64,000 bases of DNA, from positions 496,001 to 560,000 of the forward strand of contig JBHGNT010000018.1 of assembly GCA_043228905.1 (NCBI GenBank), written 5' to 3'. The notes below the pieces were generated by a model. That model worked only from the letters and a program-made list of their open reading frames with translations. It did not search any database and was not told the DNA's origin. Positions 50,553 to 61,783 of this stretch are shown here, piece after piece. The stretch's first letter is position 1; each line of letters opens with the position of its first letter. The translations under genes and the position numbers were made by a program. The stretch comes from Azolla caroliniana. Taxonomy: Eukaryota; Plantae; Polypodiophyta.

Positions 50553-51304
50553 AGAAAATTGTTCTTATTTAAAGTTTTATGTATCATTATAATGGCCAAT
50601 TGATATAACTTGTTAAGTTCATAATGCATTGAGAAAAAACCAAAACTGAACCGCAAAACCGCGGTTTAACCGGTTTAGTAGTTTAACGGTTTTAGTACTT
50701 CAAGAACCGTTTGGTTCAGGTTTGAATTTCGTGCAACCGGTTCGGTTTAGACGTTTTGTGGTTCGGTTCAGTTCGGTTTGGGTTACAACATTTTCTTAAC
50801 GGTTCGGTTCGAACCGGTTTGGGTTTGAGGCTTTCGAACCGAACCAAACCGTTGCCGATTGTTAGTTGTCATCAGTGGTTCAACTCCTATGTATTCATCT
50901 TATATTTCCAAGCATAGAATGAACCATACGTATCATACGTGCATTTGCATTCAAGAATGATTCAATCAAACGTGTATGGTAAATAATGTCAAAGTTGGAT
51001 TGGATTGACAAGTTGGATTGGATTGACTATGGTCTATATTATATATTGATTCACTCTCAATCCCAATAAGTGGACTCTAATCCATTGTGAACCACCAACA
51101 TAAGTATGGTTGCAATATTTGCATTGTATCACATGCATACTTTGGGGATGCTTCTTAAGAATCAAGACATCTCTATCATCCTCACTTCAGAACTTTACCA
51201 AAAAATGAGTATGACCTATAGAGATTGAATCAAAATATGTCATTATAAATTATAATCAAACGTTCAAAAACTCATAAAACGTATATTCGAGAATATGAAG
51301 AAAA

Positions 51305-51365
51305 CATGACATAGGCAGTAGTAGCATAACAACTTACCACTAGGGTGACCTAATTTCTAATAACA

Positions 51366-51397
<32 letters not shown>

Positions 51398-51760
51398 AAA
51401 AGGAACATGACAGTAACATAAAAATTTGCCATGACATAGGCAGTAGTAGCATAAGAACTTACCATTAGGGTGACCTAATTTCTAATAAGAAAGAAAGAAA
51501 GAAAAAGGCAAAAAGGGAACATGACACTAATAGGAGGATATGAGAAAGTGGGGAATCGAACCCAAGACAGAAGTAATAGTAGCACAACAACTTACCACTA
51601 GGTTGTGCTTAGTTCTAATAATAAGAAAAGCAAAGAAAACAAAAGAAAACTATTATAACACTAACATGGTACTAATGAGAGAGAGAGATGAAAAAGTTGC
51701 GAGTCAAACTCAAGAAATAGACAGCAATAGCATGACTCCTTACCACTAGGGTGAGCTGAA
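51305..51760. repeat. Degenerate tandem repeats with (GAAA)n tracts; one unit includes a reverse tRNA B-box-like motif (possible SINE remnant)
   Basis: catgacataggcagtagtagcataa.aacttacca.tagggtgacctaatttctaataa near 51305 and 51430, diverged units near 51575 and 51720; gtggggaatcgaaccc near 51548. Confidence 0.55.
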
Positions 51761-53809
51761 TTTATAATGACAATAAATGAAACAAATAAAAAACAATGAG
51801 TACACATTTTTCCCTTTTCAAACGTGTTCGTTTCCAAACGTTTGAATAATTGCACGAACACGAATATTACGTTCTATGTTTCCAAGCTTCAAAGCCTTTG
51901 CCCCACACAACCACGTCAAAATTGGCCTTGTTTTGTTTGCCAACACCCATAAATGTTAATAACGTTACTTCTTTAAGAGAGAATTGTTCATTTCAGTTTT
52001 TGTTTTTGATATTATTCTCAGAGAATACCTTCTTTTTTTATTCAATTGATGATAATGGCAAAGTTTCATTATCCATGGAAAAGCTTGCTCCTCCCATTCA
52101 TCACAATTACAACACTCTTCTCAAGTGGCGAACATGGTTGTATCACGAAACCAACTTCTCATTTGCAAAATAAAATATTGTCTTTCTCCTTTGATTAAGA
52201 AATGTATATGAATCGCTCCTAAAATAATTTTATAACACTTATAAACACTCTCTTGTGCGTGCATCCAACTTGTCCAAATCTTTATCATGGTGTTTTGGAC
52301 ATTTGCAACGTCCAAAATCATTCTTCAAACAATTACAATTACATAATATTGCAATCAAACTTCTTACATAACTTTAACATTAATGGATCATATGAGCAGT
52401 TACTACATGATATATTTATGTATATTATGTATTGTCATCATTGTTATACATTGGACACATTGTGCCTTTCTCATAAACATTCAAGGATAACTTTGTACCT
52501 TTCTCAAGAAAAACTTTGTAGTATGAAATGCATCTATAACAACTTATCATCAAGGAATGCCAAATGGAAAGTTTCAATAGTTACTTGCAATATCTGGATG
52601 CAACTCTTAAAATTTAATATTCAATGTGTTAATCTCTCCAAGAACATCATAAAAAATTAGAACAAAAGTTGCACCCACTAGCAATAAGGTCTCTTTACAT
52701 TTTCTCATAATAATAAACTTTCAAATAAAATAGTTTGAACAAGAGGTCGTGTATAAAGATCAAACAAAGGATGACGGATGGATCCATCCAAATGCTAGAA
52801 GCAATGATTAAAGATCAAAGTTTGAGATACATGGATTACAACATAGCCTCAACTATGTGGTAGAAAATTTAAAACTATCACATTCAAGTCTATAATATAT
52901 ATTCAAAAAGTTCACGAGCAAGAGGGCATCTCCCTCATGGATGACTAATCAATTGCATAGTTTGATGTGCTAGACCTATTGGTATGTAATGTAGATATCA
53001 ATGGGGAGTACAATAAAGATATGTGCAAATGGTTAGGTACACGAACTAGTAAATCCACTCACTCGCTATAATAGATGTAATGTACCATCCTAGATATGGA
53101 ATGTTGTGATGAAGATAACCACAATATAGATTGGCTTAAAGTTGAGACCGTTTCTACTTGGTTTTGTAGATATAGGGGCTAGTATAACAGCCTTGAACTT
53201 GGAAATCTTGGTAGAGGGGCTATGGATTTAATGGAGTCAAAACCCATAGCTTGGGTCATTTGATTGTAAGTTTTGTTTCCTATTCAAGTGATAGCACCTC
53301 ACCTTCCAACTCTAACTTGAGTAGGCCCTATCAAACGTGAAAGGCCACATGGAAAAGAGATGGAATCCCTACAACCAAAAACCCTAAACTTGTAAGTAGA
53401 CCGCAAATAAAAGAAGCAATCTTGATGAGTGAGTGAATGCCCATGGGGTGGTGGTCGAGGGCCTCGATAAACACATTGCAACTTAACTATTGTGCGAATA
53501 CATAAATACAAGATCTTACCAATTTAGCTAACCCTTCTTTTCATTTTTAAATAGAGCTTGTATTTCCTCATATGTGTTCCCCACATCATGACAATATTGA
53601 AGATTGAAAAGGAGCCAATCCTAGTGAAAATGATAAATGAAAGTCCAACATATGAAGCATCAATAATGCTAGCATGGGATTCCTATTGGATTGAAGCGAC
53701 AACACCTTGTCATCAATAAGAACTTCAGTAAGACATATCACACATAGACAAGAGTGTGAACGCACAAGGGGAATTTGCACATGTCGTCCTATTGGTTAGA
53801 ATTCTATCT

Positions 53810-54009
53810 CGTGACCGAGGTCATGATATAGTTATCGTTAACCACTAACACATTCCTAGAACATTTACAATATTAGTCTATTATAAGAAGTAGCTTTTAT
53901 TATTTCATATAATCATAAGTTATCTTAATGGTTAGGTTCTTGATTATGTATTACAAGGTCTTGGGTTCAAACCCGAGTGAAGCCACATAATGTTCACGGA
54001 TTCATGACA
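53810..54009 (-). mobile_element. LTR fragment (starts TGTCATGAA) related to the LTR at 61495-61783; truncates the second LINE
   Basis: Shared agtagcttttatt.tttcatataa..ataag.tatcttaatggtt..ttacaagg..ggttcaa..ttcatgaca; left boundary uncertain. Confidence 0.6.
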
Positions 54010-54010
54010 A

Positions 54011-56610
54011 CATGTGTTCTGAAATGGATAGTATATTCGCTTACCCACCTCTAAGCGGCATGTAGCACATTCATTCCATCTATGATTTGAAGGAACTTCA
54101 AGGCCAAGATATTTGAAGCTTACCACACATTCAAGTGGCTCATTGTTGTACATAATGCATGGTTTATCTCTTTTTTGGCTCTTCACAAGCATAATCTTTG
54201 TTTTAGAGCTATTGACACTTAATTTAGTATGCATGCAATTTTTTTCCCATGCCTTCATAAGCTTCTGTGCATCTCCTAAAGTATTTGCAAAAAGCACTAC
54301 AACATCTGCATATAGCAAAAGCATAATCACAACATTCCTAATGGCAACTTCTTCAACACATTCTTCCTTTGCAAACTTGGTAACCATTTCTTCCAATTCA
54401 TCAATGCATAGACCAAATAGTGTTGGTGAGAGTGGGCATCATTGCTTAACACCAATACTGCTTTTGAAAAAATTTGAAAGTTTATCTCTCATGCGCACAC
54501 AACATATAACCTTCTCATAAATTCGGGAAATTGCAAGCATATATTCACTTGGCACCTCAAGTTCTTCCATTCGCCTCCAAAAATGCTCACGAGGTACCAT
54601 ATCAAAAGCTTTCTATAAGTCTACAAAGCAACAATATAAACCTTTACCTCTAAGGCGACTTTCCTCCATTAATACTCGAAGGGTGATAAGGTGATCAATG
54701 GTGCTATGATGTTTTCGAAAGCCAGCTTGTCCATAAGCTCTCTTACCATTTTTTTAAGCCCATACACTTATCTTTGATTCCATTATACATCCAAATAGTT
54801 TTGCCATTAATGAGCCAACGATGATGGTTCGATAGTTGTTTACATTATTTAAATCTCCACCTTTATGTAAAGGTTTGATCCAATTTGTAGTCCAATCGTA
54901 CGACATACCATGTTACAATGCATCATTAAACATATCGCTTATCCATATATGTGCTTCCTTTCCCGTCTATTTGAGCATTTGAACCTTTATACATTGAAGA
55001 TCGCTTGCCTTTCGAGAGGCCACTTTCTTAAGTCCTATGCATATATCTTCAATTATAAAGAAGGGAGGCATATGTGAAAGAGAACTATAACACATCATCT
55101 TTCCGACAAGAGATAACTCATATAAATTCTTACAATGCATAGACAAGTCGTGAAGAGTTAAGTCACCATAACTCTCAACACGTTTCCCCTTTAGATTTCC
55201 CCAGAATTTAGCACATGCATGTGCTTTCTTTTGTGTTTGGATAAATTGTCGAGTAACTTCCCATATTCTTCTCTTTCTTTGAATAAGCCTTTTATACTCA
55301 TGAAAATGCTTTTGGTAATTCTCTTTATCCTTAACTACATCCAAAACCATAAAGCACTTTCTAGCTTCACGACATTCTTTATCAAACCATTTTTTCCTAA
55401 GTTTCTTGGTGCATTTCCAAGATGTGCGGTTGGTCGAAAAACATTTGTTTGTACAGGAGATAATGACTTTCTTAAAAGCTTCCCATTTGCATTCTACTGT
55501 GGCACCATGTTGTATCTTTGTCATTTGTAACATATCCTCAACCATCTTGGAATACATGGGTGCTCGCTTAAGGTTCATGCTCAAGTGCAGTTGTTTATTA
55601 TCTTGAATAGCCTTCTCACAATCAAACCTATGTGCCATACATTTGAGATCAATACATAAAGGCCTATGATCGGATTTCGGTGTCCATTCACCAAGTGAGA
55701 ATTTATGTATACGATCCAAAATACCTTCGGAAAGTAGCACATAGTCAATCACACTATTTCCGTTGTGTTTTCTAAATGTAAAACCATTAGTGTTGGGCCA
55801 TAAGGAAATACCATTTGCAATAAGCAATCCGGTATTATTGCACATTTGTAGGAGTAACTTCCCAAATTGTGCTTTGTATCATCTGCGATTGTGCATACAA
55901 TAGGCCTTTCTCTAGAGCGAGTAACACCATGTTTCCCAACTCGGTGTGCCCCATATACATTCACATCTGACATCCCATAATGCATGCTAAAAAATTCACC
56001 AATGGCCTTTCCAAGGGATGTGGGTGTTTCCATACTCTCTTCTTTAATCCCACGGAAGACAATGTTCTTTGATCGTCGTTCACGTTCTTTCAATTCTCAG
56101 ACATCTATACTTTCTATATTCTTCTTTTGATGCATCACATGCATATTAGATGAGTTTGATACCACATCCCCACCACATACATCGTCCCATGACTTCGTTG
56201 TACATACATTTTTTATCTCACTTACATCCCGCCTCATCGTGTCCAATTTTTCTTCTTTTAATTCTTCCTTTAACTAAATCTTGTTAAGGAGCTCATTTGG
56301 TTCAAAAGAAGCTCTTTTACATTCTTGAATCTCTTCTTGAAGTTTTACAACCACTTGTTTAAGACTTTCATTCTCAATGACAACAATTTGGAGCTTAGCA
56401 TTCTCTTTCATTAACGTCCTAATCTCTTCGCCTTGCTTGTTTTTGGTTTCTTGAAGAGAAATCAAGTGGCTCATAAGAATTTTGTCCATTGCATTGGAAT
56501 TGAGATTTGTTGGTGATCTCGGCTCATTATCAATCATACCCCCGAACTTTGCGGCGGCTTTACGAGTATTTTCCATTGTAGTGACAAACCCTACGGGAAG
56601 AGAGAGACAG
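54011..56610 (-). mobile_element. Second copy of the RTE-X-like LINE: 5' end intact, internal deletion at about 55870, 3' end lost
   Basis: High identity to 12185-15413; ORF1 ATG at 56576 after a ~30-nt leader ctgtctctctcttcccgtagggtttgtcactaca; RT with YADV. Confidence 0.9.
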
Positions 56611-56678
56611 AATTAGAATTAGAATTAGAATTTTTATCGTCCATAAAGAGGCCAATTTTGACCTATGGGACCAGAGTA
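56609..56678 (-). mobile_element. Short 3'-terminal remnant of a related LINE with an (ATTCTA)n-type tail
   Basis: ttatcgtccataaagaggccaattttgacctatgggacc resembles the LINE 3' end ttatcgtcttcggaggtcaaatatgacctatgagacc at about 11215-11251; (agaatt)x4 tail. Confidence 0.65.
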
Positions 56679-56689
56679 TATATGTGTTC

Positions 56690-57003
56690 TTGATATATGT
56701 TTCCTTCCTAAGAAGGGGTATTCATATGTTGAAGCACAAAGTCTCTATGTGTTAATAAAGCATACACATATGAGCTAGACCTTCTAGGTGGTGTCTTAAG
56801 TATGGATCTTAAGTTATCACTCCCTCTTAGTATGTCAACATATCTTGAACGAATTGCACTATATGTCGAGCATGTATCTTTCACTCGATTTAGGGCTTCA
56901 AAATCTACCTTGCGTTTGAGGAACCGTGGGGCAAAGATGGGTGCGTATGAAAATGCTCATAACTTCTCGCCATGGTAACGGAATTCAGTAAATGAACATT
57001 CTT

Positions 57004-57041
<38 letters not shown>

Positions 57042-57984
57042 TTTGCAAGGTCACATATCATCATACTCATCATTTGAATTGGTGTGTAGGGTGGCATTGA
57101 GTTTGGTGTCGTAGTATTCTTTAGATCCCTAGATAGAAGGGTTCTATACTTTGTAGTTCCTCATGGTGGTGTTTTTTGTTTCGTAATGAAAGTCATTATT
57201 GACAAAGAAAGAGAGAAAGAGAGAGACTGAGAGCTTGAGTTGCAGAAGAAAAGAGTGACAGTCAGAGAGCTGTGAATAGGAAGAAAAGAGAGGGACAGAC
57301 AATAGGTGTTTGTGGCTGTGGACTGTCGAAACCCTAGTTATGGTTTCAGATGCTCAAGAGTTTGAGCAACACTAATTACCTAGGTAGGTTTAGTTGTTCC
57401 ATACCCTTTTCTTTGTACCTCTTTGTAAGTGTTGTGTTTCATCAAGGTTGTGGTATTATCAAAGCTCTCTGTGATTATTACAGTGAGCAAAGGGGAGCTC
57501 TTGCTACCTAATTGTATTCTCTCTGATTATAGTGAAGTTTTGGTGACCGAAAGGCACCTGTGGTTTTTTTTTCCCTGATTCGGGATTGTCCACGTAAATC
57601 GTGTGTTGCTAGTTTCTATTTGTTTGCATCTGAGTGTATATCACTTCAAACTAGTATCAGAGCAATAGGTTCTAGATGGAAAGAAGTATGACTGAATTTC
57701 CAGGGATGATCGTTCTAAACTCCCATAACTATGTTGCCTGGAAGATCAAGATGAAGGATCTTCTAATAGTCAAAGACCTGTATGAGCTGATAGATAGGTA
57801 GGATATACCAACAAGGGTAATAGAGTCTGAGTGGAATGTCCTAAATATAAAGGATATGGCAACCATAAGAAAGTGTGTAGACATTATCATTCTACATCAT
57901 GTAGCAAGTGACACAAATGCCTACGAGCTTTGGCATAAATTGAACGACGCCCTTGGTTTTTCCTTGATTCGGGATTTTCCACGT
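56690..57984 (+). mobile_element. Internally deleted Copia remnant (longer copy of 15412-15960)
   Basis: 57509-57984 matches 15412-15907 including PBS tagtatcagagc, gag start and the same gag/LTR deletion junction; left boundary approximate. Confidence 0.7.
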
Positions 57985-60900
57985 TGTCATAGTGTAATTT
58001 ACACACTACGTGGAAATTGCATTTTGTCCATCCGGATAGAGAATGAAATACCCGGTGAGAACCGGATGAGGAGGAATCGGTAAGGAAGAGCCCGATGAAG
58101 AAGGCCTGTGAGAGTCTCTTACGGGATGAAGAGACACAATTATAAATAAAAGAAACATTAAAATTTCTGTTACGTGCATAGGGCAAGATTCAAATCCTGC
58201 ACCTCCACGCAAACAAACTCCAGCCGTACCATTATACTAACTTATTTTGAGTGTTTCAAATATAGATTTAATACGTATAAAACCTTTATTTTTGCCTACC
58301 TTTATTAAAAGGTAAGTCATGCATTTTTAGAATGCGTGAGAACTTTATTTCTATGCACACTAATAAAATTACGCATGCACATCTAGCAGGGATGAATGCT
58401 AAATTTAGGAAATTGTAGTGTGAAAAGTAAAGCATGCAACTTTAGAAAAGCAAGAAGCTATACTTAGCCTCTTCCGTCCTTATATAAGGAGGAGAGAAAG
58501 ATGTATAAGGGTTGGTTATTTTTTTGGATTAAGTATTGATCAATATAAAAATTATTCGTGGGATTCACGATTTATGCATCTACTGCTTTCTTAACAACCT
58601 AAGTACCAATTAATATAGTATACTCGTGTGATTCACGAGTTTCTTATCTTTCTCTTTGCTATCTACTCATAAATAATCTCTATCTCATGATCTCCTTTCT
58701 CCTAGTCCAAAACCCCAAGTGGTTCCCACCCGACTCACGTAACGATCCGGAGCCAAAAGGCACGACACAAGTGGTGAACCCGACGTGAAAACGGGTGGCA
58801 AGGAGATGGAGAATCAACAAGCTAACAATATGATGGCGATGTTCGAGCGGATGCTACAAGAACAACGGGCAATGTCGGAGATTTCGGCAGTAGTAGAGCG
58901 GCTCGTAGAAAGCAACGGGCAATTCAACAGTAAGGATGTGTCGTGATATTTGTAGGACTACAAGGCAGAGATGCTCTGGTGCCGGATTTCGGAAGGAGTG
59001 CAAGTGACATCCTTCAACCGTGTGGCGACCGACGGGCTTCAAGAGAGTATCCATGGGTTACAACACCAAAATCCGACGTGGGAAGCATTTGAAGAAGCGT
59101 TAAAGACCACGTTCGCCATCGAGGACTCCTCCAAGGCAACGCGGAGGGGATTCGAAGATTGGGTGGAAACGCCAGGTAAAGGGTTGAAGGTCCTCGAAGT
59201 GTTTTCGTCATTCGAAAGTCGGTTCGGGGGGTTGTCCATGAGAGATCAAACTATTCTTGCACCGAACAAAGTCATCATGTTTTTGCAAGCTGTGGACGTC
59301 CGGGACCGGAAAGAGCTTGGAGTGCTTCTAGAGGACACGACCACCGAAAGCGGGCTCACTGAAACGTGGGAAAGCGTGCAGGATATCGTCGCGCGATACA
59401 CGAAGAGGGGACAGTGGCTTGCTGACGAAGAGAAGAGGGTTTCGGAACCGATTCCGAAACCGAGATCTGGATTGGAGGACCGAACACGATCGGAGGGCGC
59501 GTGCAACTATGGAGACTCTGGTCTGAATCGGCAACATCAAACAACCCGTGCTAGCATTGATTGATCATGGATCAGAGATCAATTTGATGTCCAAAGAGTT
59601 CTACCGGAAGGGGAAGTGGCCTATTAACACCAATCATGGATGGAAGATCCGAGCGGCCACTTAAGCAACGAAAGATCTATTTGCGGCTTGTTCGGATGTG
59701 ACGGTGAAGATCGGGGATGTCGATATCGACCAAAATTTCTTTGTACAAGACGAGGTCTCACACTCCGTGATCCTCGGGCAACCCTTTATCACGGCATCAC
59801 GGATGGAGACGAAGGTGCTCGATAGCGGTGTGGCTTTTGCACGAATTCGGAGCCAAAACGGAGGGAAATCCGTCCAATTCCTAACGGTGCCGGCAAATCA
59901 TGAAAGGAACAAGAGAGAGCTCTTGTCCCAAACGAAGATGGATTTTTAGATCGGACGGTTGCGGAGTGGGGAAGTGATAGTCCGATAAGCCCTGATACCC
60001 CACACAGGAAGAAGACTCTCAGAGCAAAACAAGTACGACTCGGTCCGGATGGGGCATCAACGTATGCAGCCATAGCCGGAGGAATGAAGAAAGAATACCG
60101 AAAGGTAGAGAGGAAGTTACGGTCGGCATCAAGAATAAAAGAAGATGAAGAAATCGTGGGGGTAGTCGAAGAAGTGTTCTATGGGAGCATGCTACAATGG
60201 CTTGAAGAACTTGTGGAGGGTAAAAACCAAGAAGACCAGGTATTCCCGGTGGAATCGGTCGAGATGTACGAGATCATTGCGAAAATGGGGCCGGATGCGT
60301 TCCGCAAAGAAGAAGTAATGGTAAGTACGATTTGCAAGACCGTGGAGAAGAAAGTGAAACCGGCCACAGGACCGCTACCCGCCGATAGAGAACAAAAGAG
60401 GAAAGAAGTCTCGGGAGATCCAACACTTCGAAAGTCCGTGGATATTGGACATGCCTTCTCGGATGAGACCTGAAAGAAACTTCGGATCGGTGGAGGTGGT
60501 TTCCTCTCACAAAAAGAAGAAGAATGGTTTCGTGAGATGTTGGAACAACATGGAAAAGCATTTGCATTTACATCGAAGGAGATAGGGCGCGTTGATCCGA
60601 AGATAGTGGAGCCGATGATGATCTTCACGATTGACCATGTGCCGTGGAGCCTAAAGCCGATTCCGGTGCCATAGGCGCATATTCCGAAAGTCATCGACTT
60701 GCTCAAGGAGAAGGTGGCGATGGGGATTCTAGAGCAATCAAACGCTCCGTACTCAAATTGATGGTTTACGGTTCCGAAGAAGAATGGGTCACTCCGATTT
60801 ATCCAAGACTTGCAACCGGTGAACAAGGTCACGATCCGGAATTCTGGAGTCGGTCCGATAGTGGACGAATTTGTGGAAGCATTTGCCGGTCGCGCGATAT

Positions 60901-61302
60901 ACTCCATCAGAGACCTATACCTCGGATATGACCAATTCCAACTAGCCGTGGAGAGTCGAGACATCACTACCATGCAGACACCGATAGGATTAGTCCGGAT
61001 GTGTACGCTACCACAAGGCGTGACGAACTCAGTCGCACATATGATGAATGCGATGAATAAGGTGCTAGGGGATTGCATACCAGAGATAACGATGCCGTTC
61101 CTAGATGACAGTCCGATGAAAGGGTGTGCGGTGGAAGAAAAAGATGAAGCTATGGATGAACGGGGATGCCGAAGGTTCGTAGTCAACCATATCTGTGATT
61201 GTGAGAAAGTGTTACGGAAGTTAGAAGATGTGCATCTAACACTTTCCGGAGAGAAATCGGCATTCGGACAAGAAGAAATATTGGTAGTCGGACATCTATG
61301 TG
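57985..61302 (+). mobile_element. Ty3/Gypsy element G2 (tRNA-Trp PBS), degenerate, 3'-truncated
   Basis: LTR TGTCATAGTG 57985 to ..CACGACA 58767; PBS TGGTGAACCCGACGTGA complementary to the plant tRNA-Trp 3' end; gag from about 58806, protease region ID.HGSEINLM, RT VPKKNGSLRFIQDLQPVN, DLY.GYDQF, LPQG.TNS, PFLDD. Confidence 0.9.
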
Positions 61303-61783
61303 GGCTAAGATATTGGAGATTAAAGGTAAAGCATACCTATTCCTTATAGTGACTTTATTTAAGCCTCGATAGTCCACGACCAAACGAAGGGAGCTGTCCT
61401 TTTTCTTCACAAAAAAGATAGGAGCACCAGCTGGAAACTTTAAATGTCGAATAAACCCATGTGAAAATACATGTAATGAGAGCTAAAGACTGGTGTTGAT
61501 TCGAATTGATTTGAAAATACATGTATGCCCTTATTTATAGGTTCCTATAGAATAGCTTAGAGATTTCTAGAATGTTCTAGAATGTTCTAGACCTAGAATG
61601 CTCTAGGACATTCTAGAACATTCTAGAATAATCTAGAGGTTTTACAATAATCAATGTAATACAAGTAGCTTTTATTGTTTCATATAACAATAAGCTATCT
61701 TAATGGTTGAGGTTTTCAAGTATGGATTACAAGGTTAGAGGTTCAAGTTCGGGTGACGCCATAATGGTCATGTGTTCATGACA
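61303..61783 (-). mobile_element. Fragment of a chromovirus-type (Tcn1/Tf2-like) Gypsy: LTR 61783..~61495 joined to a short RT piece
   Basis: [43 protein letters not shown]; LTR begins TGTCATGAAC and contains ttctagaa repeats. Confidence 0.75.

Larger units (their letters stand above)
45797..50864 (+). mobile_element. Full-length hAT DNA transposon with captured host-gene fragments
   Basis: 18-bp perfect TIR TAACAATCGGCAACGGTT; 8-bp TSD GTTGTCAT (45789-45796, 50865-50872); empty site attatgttgtcatcaatg in paralogous region near 42793; subterminal AACCG/CGGTT clusters. Confidence 0.95.

Noticed and set aside
51548-51566. tRNA gene suggested by a GGTTCGATTCCCC B-box on the - strand
   Set aside because: No A-box or cloverleaf can be built; at most a SINE relic.
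60179-61186. 335-aa antisense ORF
   Set aside because: Shadow frame opposite the Gypsy RT; no independent protein features.
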